A DNA stretch of 64,000 nucleotides from assembly GCF_009914755.1 (NCBI RefSeq), contig NC_060947.1; one strand, 5' to 3'. The stretch's first letter is position 1. Each line of letters begins with the position of its first letter. The notes beneath the pieces were generated by a model, which saw only the letters and a list, made by a program, of their open reading frames with translations, ran no database searches and was not told the origin of the DNA. A program made the position numbers and the translations under genes. The stretch is from the human T2T-CHM13v2.0 reference genome, Homo sapiens. Shown here piece by piece: positions 1 to 16,079 of the stretch.

Positions 1-1934
<1,934 letters not shown>

Positions 1935-1970
1935 TTAGTTGATGCAGTTTCTTCCTAGTCTCGATGGTCT

Positions 1971-2983
1971 TTACATTTTGGCATGATTTTGTAGCGGCTG
2001 GTACTGGTTGTTCCTTTCCATGTTTAGTCCTTCCTTCAGGAGCTCTTTTAGGGCAGGCCTGGTGGTGACAAAATCTCTCAGCATTTGCTTGTCTGTAAAG
2101 TATTTTATTTCTCCTTCGCTTATGAAGCTTAGTTTGGCTGGATATGAAATTCTGGGTTGAAAATTCTTTTAAGAATGTTGAATATTGGCCCCCACTCTCT
2201 TCTGGCTTGTAGGGTTTCTGCCGAGAGATCCGCTGTTAGTCTGATGGGCTTCCCTTTGAGGGTAACCCTACCTTTCTCTCTCGCTGCCCTTAACATTTTT
2301 TCCTTCATTTCAACTTTGGTGAATCTGACAATTATGTGTCTCGGAGTTGCTCTTCTCGAGGAGTATCTTTGTGGCATTCTCTGTATTTCCTGAATCTGAA
2401 CGTTTGCCTGCCTTGCTAGATTGGGGACGTTCTCCTGGATAATATCCTGCAGAGTGTTTTCCAACTTGGTTCCATTCTCCCCATCACTTTCAGGTACACC
2501 AATCAGACGTAGATTTGGTCTTTTCACATAGTCCCATATTTCTTGGAGGCTTTGCTTATTTCTTTTTATTCTTTTTTCTCTAAACTTCCCTTCTCACTTC
2601 ATTTCATTCATTTCATCTTCCATTGCTGATACTCTTTCTTCCATTTGATCACATCGGCTCCTGAGGCTTCTGCATACTTCATGTAGTTCTCAAGCCTTGG
2701 TTTTCAGCTCCATCAGCTCCTTTAAGCACTTCTCTGTATTGGTTATTCTAGTTATACATTCTTCTAAATTTTTTTCAAAGTTTTCCACTTCTTTGCCTTT
2801 GGTTTGAATGTCCTCCCGTAGCTCAGAGTAATTTGATCATCTGAAGCCTTCTTCTCTCAGCTCGTCAAAGTCATTCTCCATCCAGCTTTGTTCTGTTGCT
2901 GGTGAGGAACTGTGTTCTTTTCGAGGAGGAGAGGCGCTCTGCTTTTTAGAGTTTCCAGTTTTTCTGTTCTGTTTTTTCCCCAT
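1971..2983 (-). pseudogene. L1 ORF1p, disrupted
   Basis: KRPNLRLIGVPESDGENG...REWGPIF; ATG at 2983, CGA>TGA stop near 2595 and small deletion near 2168. Confidence 0.9.
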
Positions 2984-3431
2984 CTTTGTGGTTTTATCTC
3001 CTTTTGGTCTTTGATGATGGTGGTGTAGAGATGGGTTTTTGGTGTGGATGTCCTTTCTATTTGTTAGTTTTCCTTCTAACAGACAGGACCCTCAGCTGCA
3101 GGTCTGTTGGAGTGCCCTGCCATGTGAGGTGTCAGTGTGCCCCTGCTGGGGGGTGCCTCCCAGTTAGGCTGCTCGGGGATCAGGGACCCACTTGAGGAGG
3201 CAGTCTGCCCGTTCTCAGATCTCCAGCTGCGTGCTGGGAGAACCACTGCTCTCTTCAAAGCTGTCAGACAGGGACATTTAAGTCTGCAGAGGTTACTGCT
3301 GTCTTTTTGTTTGTCTGTGCCCTGCCCCCGGAGGTGGAGCCTACAGAGGCAGGCAGGCCTCCTTGAGCTGTGGTGGGCTCCACCCAGCTGGAGCTTCCCT
3401 GCTGCTTTGTTTACCTAAGCAAGCCTGGGCA

Positions 3432-3572
3432 ATGGCAGGTGCCCCTCCCCCAGCCTCGCTGCCACCTTGCAGTTTGATCTCAGACTGCTGTGCTAGCAAT
3501 CAGCGAGACTCCATGGGCGTTGGACCCTCCGAGCCAGGTGTGGGATATAATCTCGTGGTGCGCCGTGTTTGA
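3432..3572 (+). CDS. L1 antisense ORF0, truncated (46 aa)
   Basis: MAGAPPPASLPPCSLISDCCASNQRDS matches ORF0; early TGA. Confidence 0.6.
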   Translation: MAGAPPPASLPPCSLISDCCASNQRDSMGVGPSEPGVGYNLVVRRV

Positions 3573-3866
3573 AGCCTGTCGGAAAAGCGCAGTATTCGGG
3601 TGGGAGTGACCCGATTTTCCAGGTGCTGTCCGTCACCCCTTTCTTTGACTCGGAAAGGGAACTCCCTGACCCCTTGAGCTTCCCAAGTGAGGCACTGCCT
3701 CGCCCTGCTTTGGCTCGCGCATGGTGCGTCCACCCACTGACCTGTGCCCACTGTCTGGCACTCCCAAGTGAGATGAACCCAGTACCTCAGATGGAAATGC
3801 AGAAATCCCCTGTCTTCTGCGTCACTCATGCTGGGAGCTGTAGACATGAGCTGTTCCTATTCGGCC

Positions 3867-5131
3867 CTCAGTCTCTCATTTGTCTATGAAAACAACAGTT
3901 ATTTCCTCACACAAATGTGCAGACAAGCCAATTGAGATTAATTTCAGGAGGAAAATTCAATGGAGAAGACTCTTTAGAATGCACCTCTGAAGGAGCATTA
4001 GGATTCTAAACAATAACTTTCTAGGAGAAAACAATAACGACAAAAAAACAGCCAAGACCACTTCCTGTAAACTGTCCTCAGCCACCCCTAACTTTGTAGC
4101 TCTCGTCCACCATTACACACACCAAGGTCAAATCCTCTCACAGTATAAGGTAATCTCTGGTACGCCTGAAACCAAAGAGGTCAAGTAATGCAATACAGAG
4201 GAGCAGAGCTTTAGATCTTGGAACAATCTACCCATGACTCTTGAAACTCCACAAAGAAAACAGAATGTCTCAAAAGGGGTGAGTGGCTCCTTTTTCCTGA
4301 GTTCTTTTAGGAGTTCGAGTCATTAGAAGCCTTCTCTAGATTTTTCTTGCTACTGAAGATGGTGAAGGGGGAAGGAGGTATAGGGCAGTGGAAAAGTAAA
4401 CAAAAGAACATTTGTTTTTTAAGACAGGTAGCAAACACAGAAACAAAGCACATGTTTTTATGTGTGGGGTTTTTGTTGTTGTTGTTTTTCCCTCTTTTGC
4501 AGCTGTGAGGAATTTTAGCCAATTCAGAGAGGCCTTGTTACCCATAATTTGGAATTCTCATTCAGATTTGACAAAGTCAGGTAGAGTTGGTCAAATCTGA
4601 CAGGAAAAAGACTGGAACAAACAACAAACAGAAAAACCCAACAATGTGACTACTGAGTACTCTAATGATAAGGAGAAGTTAAGACCAGTTGGTTGTTCAT
4701 CTTTAGCCAAGACAAAACCTCAGTTCAGCTACTTACCTAGGGATGGGTCTCAGGCTGAAGACTGCTCTCTACCATCCTAGAAGCAGGGAAAAAAACTCAA
4801 ACTTACCTTCCCTGTTGGAAGCAAGCTCAAACTCCATAAAGCAGTTATGTGTCTTCCATCATCATGGTAGAAGAAAAATTTGCCTTCCTTGTCAGAGGCA
4901 AGTAAAAATCCAAAAAAAAAAAAAAAAATGAGTTGTACATCAAAATAAACCTTAGATATCAACCAAATTTGGGGAGGTCAGGGATTCTTTGGAGGAGGTG
5001 ATTACAGGCCTCAGCAAACTGTCCTATTGGTTTGAGCCATAAAGACAGCTCAAGCTGGTACCAAGCACCAATATGAGATTTCTCAAAGGTCAGGGTCACC
5101 TCCACTCAGAATCCACTCATGGTTGTCAAAA
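3867..5131 (-). mobile_element. ERV1 MER4-group internal (leader) sequence, interrupted by the L1
   Basis: Directly follows the MER4A LTR on the minus strand with a PBS-like junction (ttttgacaaccatg); resembles recalled MER4-int leader. Confidence 0.7.
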
Positions 5132-5578
5132 TGTAAATCCCTAATATCTGAGACAGTTTTCTGTCAATTTAGACAGTTTATTTTGCCAAGGTTAAGGATG
5201 TGCCCATGACACATCCTCAGGAGTTCCTGATGACATGTACCCAATGTGGTCAGGACGCAGCTTGGTTTTATACATTTTAGGGAGACATGAGACATCAATT
5301 AATATATGTAAGATGTACCTTGGTTTAGTGTGGAAAGGTGAGACAATTCGAAGTGAAGAGGGGACTTCCAGGTCATAGGTAGATAAGAGACAAAAGATTG
5401 CCTTATTTTGAGTTTCTGATTAGCCTTCCAAAAAGAAGCAATAAGATACACATTTATCTCAGTGAGCACAGGGATGACTTAATAGAACGAGAGGCAGATT
5501 TGCCCTAAGCAGTTTCCAGCTTGATTTTTCCCTTTAGCTTAGAGATTTCGGTGTCCCAAGATTTATCTTTCTTTCACA
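5132..5578 (-). mobile_element. MER4A-type LTR (5' LTR of ERV1 remnant)
   Basis: Minus strand begins TGTGAAAGAAAGATAAATCTTGGGACACC and ends ...GGGATTTACA; TG..CA termini, about 450 bp. Confidence 0.88.
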
Positions 5579-6639
5579 ATACAAACAATATGTTTGTTAA
5601 CGTATTTTAGGGCACTCATTTTGAGGCGGCATTTGCATAGGAAGCACATCGTTTTGATATTAAAAACATTTTTATTCAGGGGTAATATGACATATGTGAA
5701 GGGATACTGGAGATTATGTATGATCTAAACCTTCACCTTGGCACCGCCGCTACTTAGCTTTCTTATTTCTAACACATAGAGGAAGAGAATCCTGAGGCTG
5801 GTTTTATTTTTCTTATTTCCTTTACATTGCTTAATGTTTCAGTACAAAATCTTTTTCCTCCCTCTTTCATTTGCTTTTGCATTTTTATGTCTAATCCTTA
5901 TTTTCCTCTATTTATAATTATCCCAGTAAGTTTTGACTTGATATTTAAAGAAATACTTAAACCAAAATTCTTTTGGCTGAGTGTCATGTTCAGGGCCCTC
6001 AGGTGATCCTAGCTGACTAGTTTCCTTCAGAGTGATGTCTCCCCTTCAGTATAACTCATGTCAACGATGAGAGTCTTAGATACTATCTGATGTTCAGGTG
6101 GTTTATTCTGGCCGTGCTCTTAGAAGATGGATAATGGGAGCAGGGCAGTGGCATGGGCCAGATACATTCAAGGGGCAGGTGACCACCTGACCAGGAGGGT
6201 TTTTATTTAAAGGCCATTTCAGAGTTTAGGTAACTCTTCTTCTTTTCTTATACCTGCATTCAGTTTGAGTCATTTACAAGGTGTTTATTTCATAAAGAGA
6301 ATTTAAACAATTATTGTCAGAGTAAGCTTTGTTTTAAGGTTTATGAAAGTTGAATCTGTGCTGAGGTAACATTATCTCCATGACAGCAAGGGATTTTTAG
6401 GCCCCATTATCATAGAGACTTGGTAATCCCCAGGTCAGGATGAAAATCCCTAGGCAAGGCCTAATCATACTGCTAAGTGACACATAGTATAGGTGCTATT
6501 AGATGTTTGACTGGGCCTTATGTCTATCATTAATCATATACCTACCATATGTCTCTTATACTATACCACACTGAAGAAAAGGTGAACAGAAGTCCATACA
6601 CACTAGAATTTCAAAGGTGAAATGATTATGTTGAGATAA

Positions 6640-6760
6640 TTATATTCTCACCTTATTTTACAAATAAAATAAAAACTAAGTCTCAGAAAAAAGGTAAGAA
6701 ACTTGCTCAAGATCATAAAGTGGTAGAGCTTGAATTTGTCCACATTGACTCCACACCATA
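6640..6760 (-). repeat. MIR SINE fragment
   Basis: attttacaaat...ctaagtctcaga...aaacttgctcaagatcata core. Confidence 0.6.
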
Positions 6761-9414
6761 GGTACATTGTGGGAAAAAACAGGCCAGATTTGACACAGTT
6801 CTCTGAAATAAAAAGACCAGTCACAAGAAAAGAAAAAAGTGATTGAAATGATGGGTTATTTGTCATTGTCTTTTCATAATGACTTTTTTGTGTGCCTTAC
6901 ATGAAGGGGAAGGCCCAGAAAGCCCATTTGTCTGTTCACTAACTTATTAGTGTCAATAGAAACCTTTTTGACTATAACTAGCCAGTCTATTTCTTACTTC
7001 TCTGTTGTGTTTATATCAGCATGTTACCGAAAGCAAAAAAAGAGAGGCTGAATAGAAGATGTTTCTTATAGAAGTGATAGTCTTGAGTTTTTTAATACTG
7101 ATAATAACATCAATCTTTTATCAACTCCTAGTTCACACACATTTAAAGACACATACATACAGATCCTACTGTGTTCTGCATTATACGACGTCCTTTTCAA
7201 AACCAGAACACCTCAATAGTTGCTTATTTGCAGATAAGGTTGACTGAGGTCAGGTTGTGATAAAGCACATATTTTCAGCAATACGAATTCTCCCTTCCTA
7301 AGATGAGACCCTATTTCAAATTACCAGTTCATCATTTTCATATAGATTAACAAATCATCAAGGGTGACTAAAAAGCATGCTAAAAAATCTGATTAGCTGT
7401 AGATAGGTTATGTATAATTTTATTTCTCCAAAAGATTTTAAAATAAACCACTAATTTGAGTCACTAAATAATACAACTCTTTGAAAATTAAATCAGATGG
7501 TTTCTCAAATCACTATTTTAACTGATCACCATGTTTAGTGTTTTATAATTAGCATTTCTCTAGGAAAAGTGAGATTTGACTATTTGTCAGAGCCACTGAA
7601 TAAAAATGAGTATATAAAATGTCCTTTTTTTGAGAGACATCCTATTTTTTCTAGTGTTCTTTTAGTTAATATAATGAAATACAAAAAGTAATATAAAAAT
7701 AATTTCATATTATTCCTTATCTGTAGTCTAATTTTATTGAATAATGGAGGGTTTGTAGGTAGTGAAACTTTCTAAAGGCTGCGACAAATTACATATTTAT
7801 TCAGCTAAATATGAGGTATTATTGTAGCAGCTTTCAAAAAAGAAATATAATAGATTTATAAAAGTTGAAAAAATGTTCTGTGCATTTGTTTCAAAAGTAG
7901 GTGATGGGAATATATATCTTCCTACTCCAGGTTAATATGAAATCCTATAGTAAAGACAAAACAATATTTTGTTCTGCAAATATGCCTACTTTGTGCTACA
8001 TTCTTATATAAATACGTGGTAATGTCAGAGGAATCTGTTCAGGCAATATAACTACTAGTCTTGCCAGTAACATAGCTTATATTAACATACTTGCCTGATA
8101 GCTTCAAATTATATTAAGTATTTTAAAGCCAAATAATGGCCTTCATTACATTTCTCAAGGCAGATCCAATGCTGGGTATTTTAAGAGACTATTTTTCAGT
8201 AGCATAAGAATGAGCAATGTTTCTTTATTTTCTGTTATTTGCTCAATTTAATGGCATATTAAAATATATAGTACTCTCTCCTATTTTAAACAATCAGGAC
8301 ATACAAATGTGCAGGCTTCATTCTTACATTTTAGCATGCCTTTTGAAAGACAGGCAATGCTATTTTATTTTACACATATTTGCCTGGAGGAAAATATTTG
8401 ATATTTGATAATTAAGGGCCTCTGAATTCAGTTATAATATCACTAGATAAGAATAGTTGTAATGCCTTATCTCAAATATCAAGAAAAATTGAGATCATAC
8501 CAGTTTATTTTACAAGTCAATATGGAACATGCATTGCATCTGCATAATTATCTAGCCCCACACCCACCTCAGAGTCCAATTCTAAACAGCCATGGACTCA
8601 GAAAATAACTCTAAAACAAACATGGATCTTTCTCACTCCAAAACTAAATCAGACTCTCTTTATTTTCTGCATCTTTTTGTAAGATCCAAGGCAATCTATG
8701 TTCATAATTAACTCTTGTTGACTATTTATATATGTGCTAATCACTTCACACTTATTGTCTTATTTAATGTAAAAATTACCAAGAGGTCATAATGCCTATT
8801 ATTTAATATCATTTTATAATTCTTTCTTAGGAACATCAAGTAAATAGACTTTTCTCAAGATATTTAGCTTGTGTTTATTTCAGTCATAGCTTGAGTATGA
8901 AACACTGAAATTGGACTAGGAGGACACAGTTTTTATTAACATTTATGGAAAAGGTGTCACATCAATTGTTGAATTTCACTGGGCAAATGGAACAATGTCT
9001 GGAAGAAACAAACACAGTAAGTCTTTATCAGTCCTATGTAGTATAAAAATACTGTTATTTTCCTCCAAATAAATATTAAGCTTAATTACTGAGGCATTAA
9101 AATGTTTAAATTGAGAAAAAGCAAGAGAAAAGTAATGCAATAGATAAGCGGAGTGGGAGGAAAGCATTAGAAAAGGTAATATTGTAGCATGGGTATTATC
9201 TAAGGAATCCAGGCCCAAAAGGGTAGGAAGAGCAGCATGTGTAGATTTGAATGCCTAAGATGGATAGGATCAATGAAATGTGTAAGAAGGCCACGGGAAG
9301 CGCAAATAGAGAATTTCTCAAGACGAACTCCTCAATGTTGTCTCTGATAAGTGTTGGTTACTTATCTGATTGTGCCAAAAAAAAATTTCAAAATGGCGGT
9401 GGAACTTTCCCCAG

Positions 9415-9860
9415 AGAGAGAGTATGGTGTAGTGGAAAGATGATGGACTTTTCCAGGCAGACAGACTGGAGTATGAGCCTTATCTCATGTATTGAATAGT
9501 TGATAATACCTCCTCAGGATTGTGTGAGGACTATATGAAACAGCATATGCACAGCCTTTAGCATTGTGTATAACACATAGTAGTTCCCCCACTCACTCAC
9601 AAATACCAGTTACACTTTTTGAGTTCATACTGTTTGCCTTACTACAGTGGTTTTCTATTCTGTCAGTTTTTTTTCTAGTAATAAAAGAATTGAAAGTACT
9701 TATAGAAATACTGGAATTAAGAGTCAAGAAACCTGGATTCTAGCATTTGCTTTATCATTAGCTTGTTGCTGGACCTTGGGTAATCAGTTCACTCTTAAAT
9801 GTTCCTATGTTCTTATGTAAAGAGGTAGAATCACATTATTTCTAAGAGGTTTACCAATTT
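9415..9860 (+). repeat. MIR fragments (two)
   Basis: agtatggtgtagtggaaaga...; gagtcaagaaacctggattctagc...gaccttgggtaatc. Confidence 0.55.
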
Positions 9861-12068
9861 GTATATTCTATCATTACTCCAAAAAAATAAATTCTAATAG
9901 ACAAACTATTGAGTAGTTGTAGTTTTTGTGTAGCAGCAAAAACTAAGCTCTAAACTGAACCATGTAAGAGTATATATTTAAATGGATTAGAGTGATTTTT
10001 AAGAGGTAAAACTATTGCACCCCACGAATAGTCTGCAAAATTTAGAAATGCATCTTATTCAAACACTCAATTTTCTTCAAAAGCATAGACTTTTCAGCCT
10101 AGCTAGGAAAAAATTCATTATTATGACTATTCTTATATAAATACGTTTTCAGTTCACTTTGTCTTGCAGAATCACTGCACAATTTTTGGATACTATGATA
10201 GCATAAACATAATTACAGCGTTCTCATTTTATAGGCAAATAATTAAACCACAATGCAGAAAAGTTAAATAAATTATGCAATGCCCACTCATAAGATACAA
10301 AACTAAAATAGAGCATAGTTATTCTGACGCAAAAATTTTATTTTCCCTATTGCCTCCCCCACCATCACTACCTGCTTCCAGATTCCTGAAGGACTAGTTT
10401 GCTTTTGACAATCTCAGACACGTAATTTTCTCTTTTTAAAGTGCTACTTCAATCTTTTGAGGAGAAAGGATATTTCTAGTTTAAATCCAGCCCAAATAAT
10501 ACCATCTCAAATGAGAATATCACTTACAACCACCCAACATGTGCACTACTTCCCTTTCCAGTTGATAGTTCAGCACTTTGGGAAGAAAATTGATCTTTTA
10601 CAGCCACTTAGTAGCATATTTCAAAATCTTACAGCAGTACTTTGCTAAATGGCATCCAGCTCATCTGGATGTGTTGAGTTTCCAGATCATAAACTCCTAA
10701 AGGGCAGAGTCTATGATTATTTGGCTAACTTTATATGTCTTATGACTGCGGGTGCTTAATAAATACTATTTCATGGTAATAATGATGATGATGACAAGTT
10801 AATGTTCCTCAAAGTGCCAACCAATCAGTCAATTTAGTGAAAGTCAAACTGGTCATTTGATATAAAAAATCTACTTAATTGATTGAATGAATTCTTGAAA
10901 TTGCAGCTGGTTGTTTTTATGCTTGTATAGACATAACATTAAAGTTCCTTTCATATTGAGAAGGGTTAAGAGAATGGTGCAATATAGATATTCATTAATA
11001 GTCAATTTTATCACATCAATCAGAAGCTTTGAAAAAGTTGAGTGAAATTACTGTTGAGATAAACAAAATATAATCATATAATGGCATGTAATCTCAGGAA
11101 TCTCAGGAATCTCCTTTAGGTACCCCTCCCCAGCCATGAATTTATGTCACTATATTCTTCTCAGATAAGTCCCTTGGCTTAACTTCATTGATCATGGACT
11201 GATGCAATTAGAATCACATATCCCAAGTGGGCAGCTTCCATGTGTCATTTTTTGGCCTGCATAACATTCACAACCATATCTATGTTAGTAAAATAAATCC
11301 ATTGAAGTCACTAAGCAATTTCTATTGCCAGCAAAGGAATATTGAGGATCATCAGAATTATGTTGATAATTGCTTTAGCATGTCCCTTTACTCACAAATG
11401 AATATATACACAATTTTTTAAAACAAGCAAAGTTGGAGGAGTTACTACCTTATTTCTAATCTATTCTAAAGATAGAGTAATCATGAAAATGCAGTATTTG
11501 TGAAAACATAGACATATAGATCAACAGAATAGAACAGATTCTAGACATAACCTTACATCTATTTGGTCAATTGATTTTTGAGAAATTTGCCAACATAAGT
11601 AATGTGGAAAAAATATTTTTGAACAAATATGTTGGAACAATGTGATAGGCATACATATGCAAAAAAATTGAACCTCAACCATGTCTCACACTCTATATAA
11701 AAATTAATAGAAAATGTGTCACAGACCCAAATATAAGAATGAAAATTATAAAAATTTTAGGACAAAATAGGAGATAAGCTTAGCAACCTTGGATTTGACA
11801 AAAATTTCTTAAATACAAAAAAGAACAAATTAATGAAGAAAGTAATAAAAAATCACAGTTTATTAATATTAAAGCTTTTCTTTTTAAAAGGCACTGCTAC
11901 AAATGTGAAAAGGTGAGCCATGGGCTTGAAGAAAATACTTGCAAAGCAAATATCTGAAAAATAACTTCTGTGTAGAATACCTAAATTACCTTTACAGTTT
12001 AATTGTTAGAACACAAAAAACAGAATTAAAATGGGCAAAATATTTGAATAGTTAACCAAAGACACTCA

Positions 12069-12464
<396 letters not shown>

Positions 12465-12758
12465 TTATACAACAACATTAAAAACAGCAATTTCTTATAA
12501 CATTAAATACATACCTGTCATACATATCAGCCATTCCACTCCTAATCCTTACCCAACAGAAATGAAAGTATATGCACATACAAAAATTTGTACATGAATG
12601 TTCATAGCAGCTTTATTTGTAATAATCACAAACTGAAAACAACCCAAATGTCTCTCAATAGGTAAAGGATGAAAAATATTTGGTGTATTCATATACTGGG
12701 ACACTAAGCAATAAAAATAAACAAACTATTGATAAATACAAAAACCTAGGTAAATCTT

Positions 12759-12948
12759 AATTATGCTGAATGAAAAAAGCCAGAAAAATGAGTATACACT
12801 GTAGGATATATATATGTATATCCTACAGGATACATATACATATATGTATATATGTATATGCATGTGTATGTATGTGTATCCTACAAGACATACATATATA
12901 TCCTACAGTGTATACTCATTTTTCTGGCTTTTTTCACCCAGCATAATT
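12759..12948. repeat. Near-perfect inverted repeat (about 55-bp arms) around a TA-rich spacer
   Basis: aattatgctgaatgaaaaaagccagaaaaatgagtatacactgtaggatatata is the reverse complement of 12894-12948 with 2 mismatches. Confidence 0.92.
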
Positions 12949-13832
12949 TTTTCACTCAGTATCTTATTTCTACATCCTCTTTAATACATATACCTATATA
13001 TGTATATGTATCCTACAGGATATACATATTTTTATATATATGTATGTATATAACTTTATAAAATTCAAACTAATCTATAATGACAAGAAGCAGATCAGTG
13101 GTTACTCGGGAAATGGTGGTTGGATTGGCTAAGGAAGGAAAATTACAGATTGGCACCAGGAAACTTTTGGAGGTAAAGGATATGTTTATTATGTTGATTT
13201 CGGTGATGGTTCACATATGTAAAACCAAATTTTACACTTTAAGGATTTGACTATATATTTATTCACACACACACAAACACACACACATATTTACACATGT
13301 CATCTAGGTACATGTGGCCATTGAAGCCATAGGAAGGATTATAAAATTAGACAGTGGGGATCTAGAAACAAACCTCGATTAAGTATAACATGTAACAGCT
13401 AGGCAGAAGAAGATGAGCTTTCAAAGAAGTAGGGAAGAAATGGGCAGAGAGACAGAGAAATAAAATCACAGATAAATATTGTATTGTAGAACCTAATGGA
13501 AAAGAGTGTTGTAAGAAGAGTTGAGTAGTTTGTCAGCAGTAAACATTGTTGCAAAGAGGTCCAATAAAATGGGAATTGTAAAATTGATTTTATTTAATGA
13601 CACTGGTGGCCTTAGCCTGATATTTTTATAGAGGAATAGGGCAGAAAACAAAATTTGAGTGGGGGAATGGGAGATAAATAGATGGAGATAGTAAATAAAA
13701 GCAGCTTTTTAAAAGATTTTTGCCTTATAGTTACAGAAAAATGAGATATAGAAGGAAGTTGCCAGAAAGAAAGGGATAGCTATGGAAGGCTGTTTTTTAT
13801 TTAATTGAGGAATAATATTCAAATATTTATAT

Positions 13833-14735
13833 GAGTGTTGTGCTGGAGCTGCACATGAGAGTCAATTATTAAATTTTCAGAAATTTTGCAAGCCATCATT
13901 AAAAATAGCCATTATTAAAAAGTAACTTTATAAATTCAGAATTCAGTAAATTATATTAAAATCAAGGTAACAAATACTCAAATCTCATTACTTCTTAATT
14001 ATTTAACTATTTTATACTACTATCTATACTCAAGATTATTTATGTCAATTGTATCTGTATAGTGGGACTATTATATAATAGTTTGAAACTGCACATCTCT
14101 TCTCCACTTTGTGTTCAATGACATAACGTTGTTAGGTTGAAACTGGCAATGATGGAAGTGTTTACACCACAAAAGTTGGTAAACACTTCAAATAACGACG
14201 TGGTTTTAAGAAGTTTGTTGTTATTATGGATTGTCTAGGAGGACATACAGAAAAATCTCAATAATTCTGATTAAATTTAGAAATTGTTGTGTTGTGGCTG
14301 TTATATTGTGAATAGCACAAAAAATAAGAAAAATATTTTCCTAGTATCCAAAAGCTATTAATGTGATTCACCAAAAGTCATTCACATCATTGATGAACAC
14401 ATTAATTTCTGACACAGTTTTTTTTTTATTTTTATCTTACTCATTGAGGAAAACAAAAATATCAATCAATATTCATGTCAGAACTACACTCATTTGTCAA
14501 TTACAACCACAGGTTAGTCACAAATATATGAGTTTACCAAAAACAATTAAAACATTCTGTAAGTATCATTAGTTACATGGAATTTATGATAGAAAGACTA
14601 GAATATTTTACTATTACTTGTAAATTGTTTGCTATACAGCCTTTATGTTAGTAATATAAATAGTAAATTATGTACATGTATTCATACATGCATTTTTACA
14701 GACAGCCAATTATTAAAAAATTACTACCACATTTG
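13833..14735 (+). mobile_element. MER63 (C/D-like) hAT-Blackjack non-autonomous DNA transposon
   Basis: agtgttgtgctggagct...aattattaaattttcagaaattttgc start; gacagccaattattaaaaaattactaccaca end. Confidence 0.7.
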
Positions 14736-14898
14736 TAACTCAGCAAAGCCATGATAAAACTGATCAGCTAAAAAAAATTCTGTTTATATTTTTTGAATAA
14801 CTATTTTCTGAAAATGTGAAATAGACCTTGAAACAAAGACAACAGAATATGGCACTAGGACAAGAGTCAGAATATAGATATATATTTATGAGAGGTAT

Positions 14899-15251
14899 TG
14901 ATATGGTTTGGCTGTGTGCCCACCCAAATCTCAACTTGAATTGTATCTCTCAGAATTCCCACCTGTTGTGGGAGGGACTCAGGGTGAGGTAACTGAATAA
15001 TAGGGGCTGGTCTTTCCTGTGCTATTCTCATGATAGTGAATAAGTCTCACGAGATCTGATGGGCTTATTGGGGGTTTCCACTTTTGCTTCTTCCTCATTC
15101 TCTCTTGGTGCCACCATGTAAGAAGTGTCTTTTGCCCTCCACCATGATTCTGAGGCCTCCCAGCCATGTGGAATTGTAAGTCCAACTAAACCTCTTTTTG
15201 TTCCCAGTTTCAGGTATGTCTTTATCAACGGTGTGAAAACAAACTAATACA
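14899..15251 (+). mobile_element. THE1A-like solo LTR (MaLR)
   Basis: tgatatggtttggctgtgt...ctaataca; 5-bp TSD ggtat/gatat. Confidence 0.9.
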
Positions 15252-15409
15252 GATATCCAATATAGTAAGCGATGTAGCTGTCAGCTGTGGTCAGGTTCAA
15301 AAAACACTGAATTTACAAAGTTGGATCAATAAAGTAGATTCATATCAGAACATAATTAAAACTCAAGTATTTCAATTTATTTGTCATTCAATAAAGGCCC
15401 TATAACAAA

Positions 15410-15660
15410 CACAATAAATGATGTGGATCAGACACTGTACTAAATGTTTTGAATATGTTAATTCTTCTAAATATTTTAAAAATCCTTATGCATAGGTATT
15501 ATTACTATCACCATTATATAAGATGAGGAAAGTGAGGCTTGGGCATGTTTATTAGCTTGCACAAGCTTACAGATCTATTAGTAGAAGGGAAAGCATTTGA
15601 ACAAACTGACTCTAGAGGTAAAATTGCTGATGCAAGTAACCACTATACATCTTTGCCTCC
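15410..15660 (-). repeat. MIR SINE
   Basis: ccattatataagatgaggaaagtgaggctt core. Confidence 0.65.
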
Positions 15661-16079
15661 ATCCAATCTCATCTTATGTGGTTAACTTTTTCTAAGCTAA
15701 GTTGGGCTTTCCCAATAGAACAATAAATCTATAAAGAAAGGAATTCTCAACACTAACCATACAGTTTAAGGGTATAATTTGAACATAATAACTCCTTGAA
15801 AGTTTAAATTAATTAATAGAAAGAAAAAAATTCACCTGCTGGATATCAGGGTGGGTCAGAGCTCATAAAATTACTTAGAATGGGCTCTAAATCCAAATTC
15901 AGAATAATTCTAAATGAGGAAAGCAACAGATATTTATTTTGAAGATTATTCTGATATGTTAATATTTAGGTCTCAGAAATGTCTGTCCTTCCTTTACATA
16001 AACTCACTAAGTAGTTTATATAATTGTGAAAATTCTACACAATAAATTCACACATTTATAAAAAAAGTAAAAGTTTTAG

